A DNA stretch of 64,000 nt. It comes from Waterburya sp. (lineage in GTDB: Bacteria > Cyanobacteriota > Cyanobacteriia > Cyanobacteriales > Xenococcaceae). The position numbers and the translations under genes were made by a program. A model generated the notes under the pieces. It saw only the letters and a list, made by a program, of their open reading frames with translations. It was not told where the DNA came from and did no database searches. This document shows positions 22,656 through 33,483 of this stretch, piece after piece (position 1 is the first letter of the stretch; each line of letters opens with the position of its first letter). The stretch lies in assembly GCA_965217895.1 (NCBI GenBank), contig CBDCJV010000002.1, positions 3,776,001-3,840,000 of the forward strand, written 5' to 3'.

Positions 22656-23834
22656 TCAGAGTCTATCTTTGTAGTTTAGTTCTGCAAATGTAATTCTAAC
22701 TTCAGTTCCATTATCGTTGGTCATTTCTATCTTTCCCTCTAGCTGTTCTACCAGGGTAGAAACAAGTTCCAAGCCTAATGATTCGCTATGATAAAAGTTT
22801 TTATGCTCAGGAAATCCGATGCCGTCATCCTTAATTATCAAAGTGAATTGATCGTCATTTTGCGTAAACTCCAGGCTAATATTGCCTTGGTTTCGTCCTT
22901 TAAAAGCGTGTTCAACCGCATTAGAAATTAATTCATTAATAATCAATCCGCAAGCATTAGCAGTTTCTATATTTAAATAAACCTGCTGAATATTAGTACT
23001 AACCTGAATAGTATTAGTTAAATAAGAATCAATTAAATAGTCAGTTAGTGTAATCAGGTATTGCTGAAAGTCAATCTGACATAAACTAGTACTAGAGTGA
23101 AGTTGTTCGTGAATCAAAGCCATTGAGGTAATACGGTTTTGACTATCGCTCAACATTTTAAGGATTTGAGGATTATCAATGTATTCCGCCTGAGAGTCTA
23201 AAAGACTAGAAACAATAAAAAGATTATTCTTAACTCGATGATGAATTTCCTTCAGCAGCAACTCTTTTTCCTTGAGAGATTGTTTGAGTTTCTTTTCTGC
23301 TGTTTTACGATTTTCTATCTCAGCGATAAGGGATTGATTGACATCAGCAAGCCGTTCATTTGTATCTAGTAAAGAAAGTTCTACTTCATATTTTTCCTCA
23401 ATTTCACGTTGTAATAAATCATTTTGCTTTTCTAAGGTTTGACGTAAATTAAGTAACTCTAGCTGATATTCAACCCTAGCCATTAACTCGGCTTTTTGAA
23501 AAGGTTTAGTTATATAATCACTTGCGCCTAATTTAAAAGCTTTAACCTTTCTTTCAGTTTCTGCTAAAGCAGTCATAAAAATAATTGGAATATCACAAGT
23601 AATAGGATCTTCTTTGAGCAAGCGACAAGTCTCAAACCCATCAAGCTTAGGCATCATCCCATCTAATAAAATTAGTTCTGGGGGGTTCAATTTAACTTGA
23701 TTAATAGCATCAATACCATCTAATGCCGTAGAAATTTTTACATTAGCTTTGGCAAAAATTTTACAGACAAGATCTAAATTACAAGTATTATCATCAACAA
23801 CTAAAATGTGGGGCAAAGTTTGCGTTATGGACAT
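22656..23834 (-). CDS. Hybrid response regulator / HisKA_2 histidine kinase
   Basis: REC domain, coiled coil, [10 protein letters not shown], HATPase; ATG 23834 preferred over TTG 23849. Confidence 0.9.
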   Translation of the reverse strand: MSITQTLPHILVVDDNTCNLDLVCKIFAKANVKISTALDGIDAINQVKLNPPELILLDGMMPKLDGFETCRLLKEDPITCDIPIIFMTALAETERKVKAFKLGASDYITKPFQKAELMARVEYQLELLNLRQTLEKQNDLLQREIEEKYEVELSLLDTNERLADVNQSLIAEIENRKTAEKKLKQSLKEKELLLKEIHHRVKNNLFIVSSLLDSQAEYIDNPQILKMLSDSQNRITSMALIHEQLHSSTSLCQIDFQQYLITLTDYLIDSYLTNTIQVSTNIQQVYLNIETANACGLIINELISNAVEHAFKGRNQGNISLEFTQNDDQFTLIIKDDGIGFPEHKNFYHSESLGLELVSTLVEQLEGKIEMTNDNGTEVRITFAELNYKDRL

Positions 23835-23879
23835 ATAGTAGTACGTCAATTGTTTAGGACACGAAGGTTACTGGCTCAA

Positions 23880-23902
23880 AAGTAGCAAGTAGCAAGTAGC
23901 AA
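23880..23902. repeat. STRR-like heptamer tandem (AAGTAGC)x3
   Basis: Direct reading. Confidence 0.7.
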
Positions 23903-23985
23903 TTTTAAGAATGTTCTAAACATCTCAGGCAATGCTATGACTTTAATTATTTGAACTCTGATAACTAGACTTTGCGTAAGACAAG

Positions 23986-24021
23986 ACTAGTAGACGCGGG
24001 CATAAATGGACTAACCATTTA
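23986..24021. repeat. Dispersed MITE-like end ACTAGTAGACGYGGGCRTAAAT...TAACCATTTA
   Basis: Second copy at 26764-26803. Confidence 0.55.
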
Positions 24022-24059
24022 AAATTAGTAGCGATATCTTGCTTACTACCTACTACTTA

Positions 24060-25892
24060 CTACTCAAGCAAAGCGATACTAATGTTGTTCATCACCAATT
24101 TTTGAAATTCTTTGGCTGCTAAGGGACGACTATACAAAAAGCCTTGAATTTCATCACATTGACACTGCTGAAGATAGTTTAATTCTGCCTTTGTTTCTAC
24201 ACCTTCGGCTACTACTTTTAAACCTAATTGATGTGCCATTTCAATAGTATTTTTAGTAATTACAGCATTGATTTTATTACTATCAATATTGCGAATAAAA
24301 CAAGAATCAATCTTTAAAATATCAAAGGGAAACTGCTGTAGATAGCCTAAAGATGAATATCCAGTGCCAAAATCATCTAATGCTATTTGGATTCCTAACT
24401 TCTTGAGCAAATTTAATCTTTGAATATTTGTTTTAATATTTTCCACTAAAATCGTTTCCGTTACCTCTAGCTCTAAGTAGTGAGGATTTAAAGATGTTTT
24501 AAACAAAATTTGAGTTACTTGATGAAATAAATCTGATTGTCTAAATTGAAATCCTGATAAATTGACGGCAATTCTGAGAAAATCAAATCCAGCATTGTGC
24601 CATTCATTCATTTGTTTACAAGCGCAGTGCATAATCCACTCACTGATTGGTCTAATCAAACCGTTTTCTTCAGCTAAAGGGATAAATTTGTCGGCTGTAA
24701 TTCTTCCCATAACAGGATGATTCCAGCGTACTAAGGCTTCTGTTCCTACAATAGAATTATTTTTCGGATTAATCTTAGGCTGATAATATAGCTCTAGTTC
24801 TTCCCGTTCTAAAGCACGATGTAAATCAGCTTCCATGGTTAAACTTTCCGAGGCTCTTGCATTTTTAACGTTAAAAGCAAAAGTGAATAACTGACAGCGA
24901 TTTCTTCCCTGGCTTGTCGCATAATCTCTAGCTTTTTGACTCTGCTCTAATAACTCTTCAATATCTGTACTATCGAGGGGAGAAAAAGCGATGCCAATAT
25001 TAGTGGGGAGAAATATTTCTTGGTTATCAACCTCAAAAGCTTGCCGTAGTTGATTAATAATTTCTTGCCCGTAGTTTTGTGCCGTTTGTTTTTGATCCAA
25101 AGCAATCATTACCACATAGTTATCTGGCTCTAGATACACTATTGCTCCATTGTATTCAAAACTGCCGACACAATTGCTCAGACGCTGTGCTATTTCTTTA
25201 ACTAAAGTATCTTGTTGTTCTTTAGTTAGCACACTGCTTACTTTTTGTAGTCTATCAAGGCTAATGTTAAATAGAGCTAATAATTCTGATTTTGGCTGTT
25301 GTCTGTCCTGATTTTCTGCTATTTTTAAATTATCATGGTTATCGCTTTGATTTGTTAGCTTGACAGACGAGCCTAATGTGGATGATAAATAATCAAATAA
25401 ATCTCTTAAAAATAGCTTGTTCGGCAAATTAGTTAGACTATCTTTATAAATATCATCGTAATGTGATGAATAATCATTTACGGTAGATTGCAGAGCTTTT
25501 TGAATTGCAGATTGCTCCTGATATTTACTCAAAGCCATTTTAACTGTAGCCTGCAATTCCCTGTCTCTAAAAGGTTTAATTAGATAACCATAGCAGCCTG
25601 TCTTGGAAGCTCTTTCTAAGGTTTCATCACTGGCATAGGCTGTTAGAAATATCAAGGGAATATCAGCTATTTCTTTAATTTTTTCTGCTGTTTCGATACC
25701 ATCAACTTCTCCTTTAATGGCAATGTCCATTAAGATTAAATCTGGGCGATCGCTGATGATATAATCAATAGCTGCTTGCCCAGAAGAAACAATTTTAGAG
25801 ACTTGATAACTTGAAGCTTCTAGTTTCTTAGCAGTATTTTTGGCAATTATTAATTCGTCTTCTACTATTAAAATATTAATTTTGTTCATCAT
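24060..25892 (-). CDS. REC + degenerate GGDEF + EAL c-di-GMP phosphodiesterase
   Basis: EALVRW, DDFGTGYSS, AEGVET; GGDEF position reads LEPDNY. Confidence 0.92.
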   Translation of the reverse strand: MMNKINILIVEDELIIAKNTAKKLEASSYQVSKIVSSGQAAIDYIISDRPDLILMDIAIKGEVDGIETAEKIKEIADIPLIFLTAYASDETLERASKTGCYGYLIKPFRDRELQATVKMALSKYQEQSAIQKALQSTVNDYSSHYDDIYKDSLTNLPNKLFLRDLFDYLSSTLGSSVKLTNQSDNHDNLKIAENQDRQQPKSELLALFNISLDRLQKVSSVLTKEQQDTLVKEIAQRLSNCVGSFEYNGAIVYLEPDNYVVMIALDQKQTAQNYGQEIINQLRQAFEVDNQEIFLPTNIGIAFSPLDSTDIEELLEQSQKARDYATSQGRNRCQLFTFAFNVKNARASESLTMEADLHRALEREELELYYQPKINPKNNSIVGTEALVRWNHPVMGRITADKFIPLAEENGLIRPISEWIMHCACKQMNEWHNAGFDFLRIAVNLSGFQFRQSDLFHQVTQILFKTSLNPHYLELEVTETILVENIKTNIQRLNLLKKLGIQIALDDFGTGYSSLGYLQQFPFDILKIDSCFIRNIDSNKINAVITKNTIEMAHQLGLKVVAEGVETKAELNYLQQCQCDEIQGFLYSRPLAAKEFQKLVMNNISIALLE

Positions 25893-26246
25893 ATCTCAGA
25901 TTTGAATATTTTAGCTGGCTTGAACCAAAATATTTGATACTTCATTTCAGAAAAGATAGTGTATTCAACTGAACCCAAAGTAACAATTGAAACCGATGTT
26001 GTAAATACATAAATCTTCTGTCGTATAATTACGGAGCAAAAGCAATAAAAGGCTGTGCCGTAGTTATCAGTCTTAATTGAACTAAAAACTTTTTGATAAA
26101 GATTTCTGTCAAAAATTAAACATTATCTAAATTCTGTTAATTAATATGGCAAATGTAATTTAGATTACATTAATTATAGATTAAAGCAGCGAATGACTCA
26201 TGGCATAATGCACACTTAAAAATTACCAGCAAGTTTCTTTTAAAAA

Positions 26247-26720
26247 TCAGCGTTTATGAACACGGGACTTTTGAAGAACAAACCGAAGTAAGTACAAAAA
26301 AACAGCGATATTAACCATCAACACCGCCAACTTTAGCAAGGTAATTCCTTTGGTCAGTTCGTAAATTTCCAAGGGAATACTAAAACCTATTAGTATTAAA
26401 ACCAAAAATTCAGCCCAAACTTTTTGATACCAAAGTCCAACAATTTCTACTGCCGTAACTAAAGCATAAACTCCCGCTAAGATTGCACTATTCCGAATCG
26501 TGTTTGGCTGTTGAGCAAAGAATTTATTGATAATTGCTTCGACAAATTCTTCAATCAGAGATAATTTACTCTCTAAAATATAACTTTCTGAAAATGCAAT
26601 TAAGCGAGAATGATTGTTTAAAGCTAACAGCAATACAACAGCAGTAAGAATTAGCAGCAAGAAAAGGACAGCTTTATAGGCAACAATAATTTTTAAGCCG
26701 ATAGGACGCTTGCGCTTCAT
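26247..26720 (-). CDS. DUF2127 family membrane protein
   Basis: Four TM helices, EIVGLWYQKVWAE, IPLEIYEL; ATG 26720 preferred. Confidence 0.82.
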   Translation of the reverse strand: MKRKRPIGLKIIVAYKAVLFLLLILTAVVLLLALNNHSRLIAFSESYILESKLSLIEEFVEAIINKFFAQQPNTIRNSAILAGVYALVTAVEIVGLWYQKVWAEFLVLILIGFSIPLEIYELTKGITLLKLAVLMVNIAVFLYLLRFVLQKSRVHKR

Positions 26721-26763
26721 AGGAAGTAAAAAAACAAAACAATCATTTGTAAAACTATAAAAC

Positions 26764-26873
26764 ACTAGTAGACGTGGGCGTAAATAAATAGAGTAACCAT
26801 TTATTTGACTTGAAATCTCGACAATATCTAACTCCCTACTCCCTACTTCTTGCTTAAGCGAAGTGATACTAGT
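26764..26873. repeat. MITE-like element with ACTAGTA/TACTAGT termini and internal heptamers
   Basis: Left end shared with 23986; (ACTCCCT) repeats inside. Confidence 0.5.
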
Positions 26874-26940
26874 AGTAATCTATAGTGATGATATCGACCA
26901 ATTAACTGATTCAAATCGAGCAGCCAAGACAATTGCTATC

Positions 26941-28461
26941 TTAATGGCTGGCTAGGTCTTCTAAAGAATCTGACTTGTCATGTACCCCTAGCTTATCAAC
27001 TAGAGTAGCACTAGCTTCGTTCAGACCTACTACTTCAACTTCTGCACCATTACGGCGGAAATTAATCACTACCTTATCTAGTGCTGCGATCGCCGATTGA
27101 TCCCATAAATGAGCATGAGTTAGATCTATTTTGACGAAATCGACATTTTCTTTGAAGTCAAACGCATTTAAAAATTCGTTGACTGACACAAAAAATATTT
27201 GACCTGCAATATTATAGGTGCGCTTTTCGCCTTGAGAATCAATTAGGCTATCTACAAATACCAGTTGAGCAATTTTGCGGGAAAACAGCAGCGCGTTTAA
27301 TGCCACTCCGCTTAAAACTCCAATAGCCAAATTATGGGAAAAAACTGTCATGACTACAGTTGTGATCATAACTGCGGTTTCACTGCGGGGAATTTTGCGA
27401 ATTTGCCGAAGAGAAGACCAGTTAAACGTCCCAACAGACACCATGATCATAATTGCCACTAAGGCCGCCATAGGAATCTTTTCTACCTGTGTCCCTAAAA
27501 ACAGCATCAATAACAAGAGAAAAACCCCTGTACTTAAGGTAGAAAGACGAGTTCTACCTCCTGACTTGATATTAATTACCGACTGTCCGATCATGGCGCA
27601 GCCAGCCATTCCCCCAAAGAAACCGCTGACAAAGTTAGCAATTCCCTGACCAAATGCCTCTTTGTTTTTATTGCTAGAGGTATCAGTCAGTTCGTCTATC
27701 ACATTTGCGGTCAGGAAAGACTCTAATAAACCAACCAAAGATATAGCGACTGCATAAGGAAAAATAATCTGTAGCGTCTCAAAGGTAAAAGGCACTTGGG
27801 GAATGCCAAAGCTAGGTAACGTAGAGGGGAGTTCGCCGCGATCGCCAACGGTAGGAACACCAGTATTAGTAACTAGCGAAAAAATTGTAACCACAATGAT
27901 TGCTACCAAAGGCGAAGGAATAACCGTAGTTAGTCGGGGTAACAGATAAATAATTGCCAAAGCAGCAGCAACCATAGCATATACCATGAGCCAGTTTGCT
28001 CCAAAATCAGTCAATGCGGCTATGTTCAATTCAGGCAACTGTGCCATGAAAATCAAAATTGCCAAGGCGTTGACAAAGCCAATCATCACGGCGCGAGAAA
28101 CAAACTTTAGCTGTTTTGCCAGTTTTATTGCACTCCAAAATAGCTGGATAATGCCTGCTAAAATTGAAGCTGCAAGTAAATATTGCAATCCATCCCCACC
28201 ACTTTTGGTTACGGATGACACTAAGGGATACATTAATAAAGCGGTGGCAGCGGTGGCAGCAGAAATCATTCCAGGACGACCGCCAAAAATAGCCGTAATA
28301 ATGGCAATAATAAATGAGGCATAAAGTCCTACCTTGGGATCGACTCCTGCAATAATAGAAAAAGAAATAGCTTCAGGAATTAAAGCCAAAGCGACCAGTA
28401 CTCCTGCCAGCAAGTCTTTTCGATAGTTTCCCGTCCACTCTTTCGGTTTGAATAGCTGCAA
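26941..28461 (-). CDS. SulP-family anion transporter with STAS domain
   Basis: [29 protein letters not shown]-terminal STAS. Confidence 0.93.
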   Translation of the reverse strand: MQLFKPKEWTGNYRKDLLAGVLVALALIPEAISFSIIAGVDPKVGLYASFIIAIITAIFGGRPGMISAATAATALLMYPLVSSVTKSGGDGLQYLLAASILAGIIQLFWSAIKLAKQLKFVSRAVMIGFVNALAILIFMAQLPELNIAALTDFGANWLMVYAMVAAALAIIYLLPRLTTVIPSPLVAIIVVTIFSLVTNTGVPTVGDRGELPSTLPSFGIPQVPFTFETLQIIFPYAVAISLVGLLESFLTANVIDELTDTSSNKNKEAFGQGIANFVSGFFGGMAGCAMIGQSVINIKSGGRTRLSTLSTGVFLLLLMLFLGTQVEKIPMAALVAIMIMVSVGTFNWSSLRQIRKIPRSETAVMITTVVMTVFSHNLAIGVLSGVALNALLFSRKIAQLVFVDSLIDSQGEKRTYNIAGQIFFVSVNEFLNAFDFKENVDFVKIDLTHAHLWDQSAIAALDKVVINFRRNGAEVEVVGLNEASATLVDKLGVHDKSDSLEDLASH

Positions 28462-28631
28462 TTATTTTTCTCCTAGCCTAGCGGGCAATTTATGGTAGTT
28501 CAATCAGTAAAAGCATTAAACTATAAACCTGCTTTGGGGACGGTCTTAGTAAACACGATAATACTTAAAATAAAATTAGAGTTCTACGGTAATAGTTTAC
28601 ATTTGTTTACTCGATACTGCACTTTTTTCTT

Positions 28632-28659
28632 GTAGGAGCGAACAGCCGTTCGCCCTTAC
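28632..28659. repeat. GTAG-type REP-like palindrome
   Basis: GTAGGAGCGAACAGCCGTTCGCCCTTAC right after the stop of the 28665 gene. Confidence 0.75.
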
Positions 28660-28664
28660 TGGTG

Positions 28665-30062
28665 TTATTTAGATTGATACTCAACTAGTTGCCAATAGCG
28701 ATCGTCTCCAGGAAATCTGGCTACTACTGCCGTATTGCCCGATTGAATATCGACATGACCTGAAAAGTAGCTACCGTAACCATTGAGAGGAGTCCATTGT
28801 TTTGTCTGAGCATTAACAACCTGAACATCGATCGCCTGGGGAACTACTAAATTAAAATAGGTTGACCAATTAGGTTTTAATTCCGCCGTCAAAGGTTCAA
28901 CTAAACTAGCCTGATATTGATTGAAATGATCGTATAGCTTAGGTAAGCTTGCAACGGAGTTAAGAGCATTAATTTGATAGTTGATTATTTCGCCATATTT
29001 TCTGGGATCGTCTTTTTTCTTAGCATAGATGGTCAGGTCATAAGTACCTGGCATCGGCGGTGCAACGCTAATAATCAGGTTGTTAGCTTGGCGATTGACT
29101 AAAACTGCACTATCTGTTGATTCTTGAGTTCCTTGTTTAAGGTTCGCTACCGCTACTACATCTAAAGGAGCTTTTAGGTTGATATCTATGCGACCTGAAG
29201 CAGAGATTTGATAGTTGCGATGGGTGACTAGATTTAAACCTAAGCTATAAAAACGAGAAGCAATATCAGGTAGGTTATCAAATTCTGCTCTAGTGTATGC
29301 TTGAGCTAGCAGTTGCCAGCCCCGATCTTGGGGAAAATGATTATTAATAAGTTCATCTGGTGCAGTGGCAAAATAATAGGGTTTATAGTCAGCCTGAAAC
29401 TGCCCATCTCTGACTGAACCTGCACCCCAAGTTGCATCTAATAAATACCAGCCATCTTCCAGCTTGATAGCATTCCAAGCATGATTGACATCTTGGAATT
29501 TTTCAGCCAGGGGGGCTGCTCCTTTGCCGTAGCCGACAACAATCACTGACTTTAGATTCATGGCTTCAGCTAAAGCTTGATAGAGATTACTGTATCCTGA
29601 ACAAATTGTAGTGCGATCGCGCAAGACTTTTTCGGCATCAACATCAGGGTAGTTGTCATTATCTACCGCCTCCCTAAAGGCCGCAACATCGTAGGTAACG
29701 TGCTGTGCTACCCAAGCATAAATGATTCTGGCTTTCTCCGTATCTGTGGTGGCATTTTTGCTTAAAAGATTAGCCAATTCGGGAATTGATGAACCTGAGT
29801 AATTTAGCTCTCTTGCAAGGCGATCAATTTCTGAAAAATTCTGTTGAGCAATTTTCGCCGTTGAGCCTAGCTGAATTGGTTGATATTCCCTACTAGGAAA
29901 ATTATCTGACTGGAGGCTGATTAACTGCTGCTTATTGATAGATTTAAATGCAGTTTGAACGTTACCTAAAGTGATAAACAGAGATATTCCCAAGGCTGCT
30001 GCTACTAGCCATTTACCTTTTTCTTTTTTCTTTTTTTTAGAGAAATATTGTTTAGCAGCCAT
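28665..30062 (-). CDS. Transglutaminase-like (kyphoscoliosis-peptidase-like) protein with N-terminal TM
   Basis: Triad motifs ICSGYS, HAWNA, DATWGAG. Confidence 0.88.
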   Translation of the reverse strand: MAAKQYFSKKKKKEKGKWLVAAALGISLFITLGNVQTAFKSINKQQLISLQSDNFPSREYQPIQLGSTAKIAQQNFSEIDRLARELNYSGSSIPELANLLSKNATTDTEKARIIYAWVAQHVTYDVAAFREAVDNDNYPDVDAEKVLRDRTTICSGYSNLYQALAEAMNLKSVIVVGYGKGAAPLAEKFQDVNHAWNAIKLEDGWYLLDATWGAGSVRDGQFQADYKPYYFATAPDELINNHFPQDRGWQLLAQAYTRAEFDNLPDIASRFYSLGLNLVTHRNYQISASGRIDINLKAPLDVVAVANLKQGTQESTDSAVLVNRQANNLIISVAPPMPGTYDLTIYAKKKDDPRKYGEIINYQINALNSVASLPKLYDHFNQYQASLVEPLTAELKPNWSTYFNLVVPQAIDVQVVNAQTKQWTPLNGYGSYFSGHVDIQSGNTAVVARFPGDDRYWQLVEYQSK

Positions 30063-30224
30063 GAATTTAGGTTCAACTCAGCGAGAAAAGCATTGATTTC
30101 CTCAGAATAAGTTGAACTCTAATCATCTCTATGTGATCGAAATTACTAGCTATCTGTGAGATTTAAATTTAGGTAATAGGTAGTAAGTAATAATAAACAA
30201 GGATAATCAATAAAGTTTTTAGCC

Positions 30225-30968
30225 TTATTTTAGATTAGAAAAAATAATATATAAGATAGATATCAAAGCAATAATAATACAGACTAATTGAATTTTGAAA
30301 AGATAGCTGATATTTTGCTGTAGTCTTTCTTGACTGTGTTTCAGGTGATCGACCTTAAATTGGAGATGCGAATCTCTATCTCTAAGTAGTGCCATTTCTT
30401 TTTGTAGCACTCTCTCAATTTTGCTTTCCATAGTTTGTTCTAAACTATTTGTTTGCGTTTCCTCTAGCCGTTTATTTATCTTATTTAAAGATTTATATAA
30501 GTAATTTGACTTTCTTTTTAGTTCTAAAATCTCCTCAGTTTCGGATTTTTCGCTAATTATTTTATAGAGATATTTTTCGGTCAACTCGGCACTTAGTTGA
30601 AAGTAACCTTGATTGACATAATAAATAGCATTTTTAAGTTCTGGGGACGTAGTATTTTTTAATAAATATCCTTTTGCTCCGTATTGCAAAGCTTTGCTAA
30701 AATGCTGTTCATTATCGTGAACTGTCAGTATTAAAACTTTAGTCTCAACAAAACTTTCGGTAATAATCTTTGTTGCTGACAAACCATTCATTTTCGGCAT
30801 TTCCACATCCATCAACACCACATCTGGCTTTAAGGTAGAAATCTTGTCAATTGCCTCTTGACCATTGTTGGCAAAGCCAACTATCTTAATTTCAGGTTCA
30901 GATTTTAAATAAGTTTCTATCAGCCTATGAGTTAGATTTTGATCGTCAACAACAAGAACGTTAATCAT
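30225..30968 (-). CDS. NarL-type receiver protein with coiled coil and C-terminal TM, no HTH
   Basis: VVDD, MDVEMP, GYLLK; hydrophobic C-terminus. Confidence 0.85.
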   Translation of the reverse strand: MINVLVVDDQNLTHRLIETYLKSEPEIKIVGFANNGQEAIDKISTLKPDVVLMDVEMPKMNGLSATKIITESFVETKVLILTVHDNEQHFSKALQYGAKGYLLKNTTSPELKNAIYYVNQGYFQLSAELTEKYLYKIISEKSETEEILELKRKSNYLYKSLNKINKRLEETQTNSLEQTMESKIERVLQKEMALLRDRDSHLQFKVDHLKHSQERLQQNISYLFKIQLVCIIIALISILYIIFSNLK

Positions 30969-31523
30969 GCAAAGTTATAATTCAACACTAGATATTTTCT
31001 AGAACAAATCGCTTGATTTAGGTTATTTCTAGTTTACCGATCAAGTATACAGTTTTTCTTACAAGACATTCAATGGAAATTTTGTTGGTAATTTACCTAC
31101 GAATAATGGCTTAAGCCATTTGTCTTATACTTGGTATGTTGTTTTCTAGGTTTGTGCTAAATATTTAATTAAAGGCAACTAATAACTAATAACTTGCTAA
31201 CTCATTATTTATTGCAAGCTATTAGTTATCATCATAGTCAATAGATTGCTGAACAAACAATGATTTATTAATTGGGTAATATTATTTATAAACGCTTTAC
31301 AGATTTTTAATAGATAAAAGCGATCGCGCTTATAGTAATAGTAATGGTTCGGACAAAATTTAATTATTAACGAAACAGCAGCTATCAAAGCCCTTTTCGA
31401 GTTGAAGATAATCAACGGTAAATTAGGATTTTTAACTGCTCCAACTGTTGTATAAGTGCATATTTGATTACTTTTTTCTAATGTTCTGCTAATTTAACTT
31501 AGACTTTAATCAAGCTCAAAATA

Positions 31524-31611
31524 TAGATCTCTTGTATGAATAAAAGATTAATTATTTTTTCCTTTTTTTCTCCCATCTTGGTAGTCAATTTTGATTCGTG
31601 CAAAAGGTCTA
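31524..31611. mobile_element. Short MITE-like element with imperfect 18-bp TIR (consensus TAGACCTCTTGCATGAAT)
   Basis: TAGATCTCTTGTATGAAT at 31524-31541 and ATTCGTGCAAAAGGTCTA at 31594-31611; a solo end at 43826-43843. Confidence 0.55.
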
Positions 31612-31849
31612 ATAACTATTGTTCAGCAAATAGTTTTGTCTTTTACTTTGTTACAATCGATGACTGAAAAATATAAAGTGAGTTATTTTATAAACAGTTT
31701 TCGATCTTCTTCAAAACTACTTTTAATTGTTTTTGAGCTTCGGTTTAATAAAGAATTAAAAAAAGGCAGTTGAAATATAATTCAACGCCAAAATTGTTGG
31801 CTACAGCTATAGGTTCGACAGTCAACAAAATCAAATCAAAATGCCAAAA

Positions 31850-32035
31850 TTACGTCAACCAGGTACTCAGCCAAATAGCAATAGTGCTTAAACTTACTCC
31901 CACTACAACTGCTAAAGGCAAAATAATTCCTGTGTCAGTCATCTTAATTATAGGAATAGAAATAGCCATCATGCCCGTTGCTAGACTCCAAATAATAGCT
32001 GTACTACCAATTTTTACGCCTTGCCCTTCCATCAT
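31850..32035 (-). CDS. Small two-TM cyanobacterial hypothetical protein
   Basis: 61 aa, GAGG SD-like upstream, WSLATGMMAISIP...IILPLAV. Confidence 0.7.
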   Translation of the reverse strand: MMEGQGVKIGSTAIIWSLATGMMAISIPIIKMTDTGIILPLAVVVGVSLSTIAIWLSTWLT

Positions 32036-32121
32036 TTTTCTTCCTCAACTCTCTAGTCTTTTATTTATTAAGTCACAAATTGAGCAAATAATGTATGCTG
32101 TTTAGCTAAAACTACATATTC

Positions 32122-33078
32122 TTACTTTTCGTATCTTTCATAGGCAGCTACAATTTTCTGAACCAAAGGATGACGTACAACATCTGCTTGAGTTAGTTCG
32201 CAAAAAGCAACTTCCTTAACATTACGCAAAATTCGACGAGAGACAATTAAACCAGAGTCCTGATTAGAAGGTAAATCTGTTTGGGTGATATCTCCTGTTA
32301 CCACCATCTTTGAACCAAAGCCCAAACGAGTTAACACCATCTTTAGCTGTGCAGGGGTTGTGTTTTGCGCCTCGTCAACAATGACAAATGCGTTCGATAA
32401 AGTACGTCCCCGCATATATGCTAGGGGAGCAACCTCTATTTTTCCTCTTTCTATTAAATCGGGAATCTTTTCTGCATCAATAAATTCATAGAGAGCGTCA
32501 TATAAGGGACGTAAAAAAGGGTTGACTTTCTCTTGTAGATCCCCTGGCAAAAATCCTAGTTTTTCTCCTGCTTCTACTGCTGGACGAGTAAGGATAATTC
32601 TTTGACACTCATCGCTAAGTAAAGCCTTTGCTGCCAATACCACAGCTAGAAAAGTTTTACCAGTTCCCGCTGGTCCAATCCCAAAAGTTATATCATGTTT
32701 TTGAATCGCTTTAATGTATTGTTTTTGTTTAAAAGTTTTGGCTCTAATTATCTCGCCTCTTTTAGTTCGAGCGAGAACATTTTTTTGCAGTTCGCTGTAT
32801 TCTTCAGTTCTACCAGTATCGATCGCCTGAAATGCAGTAATGATATCAGGCTCATGTAGTGGCTTGCCCAATGACCACAAAGGCTCTAAAGTTCTGATCG
32901 CTATGGCACATCTGGCTACGGCTTTCTCTTGACCCTGAAGCAGTAAATCTTGTCCTCGCAAAACTATAGTAATTCCTGTATGACGAGATAAAAAGTTAAG
33001 ATTTTGCTCATTACTTCCTGCAAGAGCGATCGCGCTGTCGCTATTGGGTAATTGAATAGTTTGAGACGTTGCTGGCAT
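32122..33078 (-). CDS. phoH: PhoH-family ATPase
   Basis: GPAGTGKT, RPAVEAGEKLGFLPG, YMRGRT, DEAQN. Confidence 0.96.
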   Translation of the reverse strand: MPATSQTIQLPNSDSAIALAGSNEQNLNFLSRHTGITIVLRGQDLLLQGQEKAVARCAIAIRTLEPLWSLGKPLHEPDIITAFQAIDTGRTEEYSELQKNVLARTKRGEIIRAKTFKQKQYIKAIQKHDITFGIGPAGTGKTFLAVVLAAKALLSDECQRIILTRPAVEAGEKLGFLPGDLQEKVNPFLRPLYDALYEFIDAEKIPDLIERGKIEVAPLAYMRGRTLSNAFVIVDEAQNTTPAQLKMVLTRLGFGSKMVVTGDITQTDLPSNQDSGLIVSRRILRNVKEVAFCELTQADVVRHPLVQKIVAAYERYEK

Positions 33079-33124
33079 TTACTAAAGTATTAGACTTTAA
33101 TTTTTATTTTACAAGTTCTGATCT

Positions 33125-33160
33125 AAAAAAAGCATCATCCCTAAAGTAAGATGATGCTTA
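33125..33160 (-). terminator. Intrinsic-terminator-like hairpin upstream of phoH
   Basis: AAGCATCATC/GATGATGCTT stem followed by a T-run on the minus strand. Confidence 0.6.
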
Positions 33161-33236
33161 AAACTAAAAAAAAGATTAAACCTTTTTAATTCATATCAGA
33201 CGCTGGATATTGCTTTAATTTGCTGATTGAATTTAA

Positions 33237-33254
33237 TGTCAAAATTTAGTGACA
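33237..33254. promoter_or_regulatory. NrrA-type box TGTCA-N8-TGACA
   Basis: TGTCA AAATTTAG TGACA between divergent phoH and argZ. Confidence 0.5.
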
Positions 33255-33483
33255 ATATTTCTAGAGAGCTAATTTAGCCAAGCAATTATAGTAATATAAT
33301 TTAGTTCCAGGTCTAGCAAATCCAAGTTCTACATAGTCCTCAGATTGCTGTTAATGACTAATCATTATCTTTTAGACAGATAAACATGACAGCAAAAGCA
33401 ATTGAATTTGATCGCCAAAGAGCTACTCAAGACAATCTTTAAACTATCCGAATATCTTAGATCTTACTTACACAAAAACTATC

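Noticed and set aside
31209..32105. ORFs 31209-31415, 31591-31773 and 31770-32105
   Set aside because: AT-rich with weak starts; the last is antisense to the more plausible 61-aa membrane protein.
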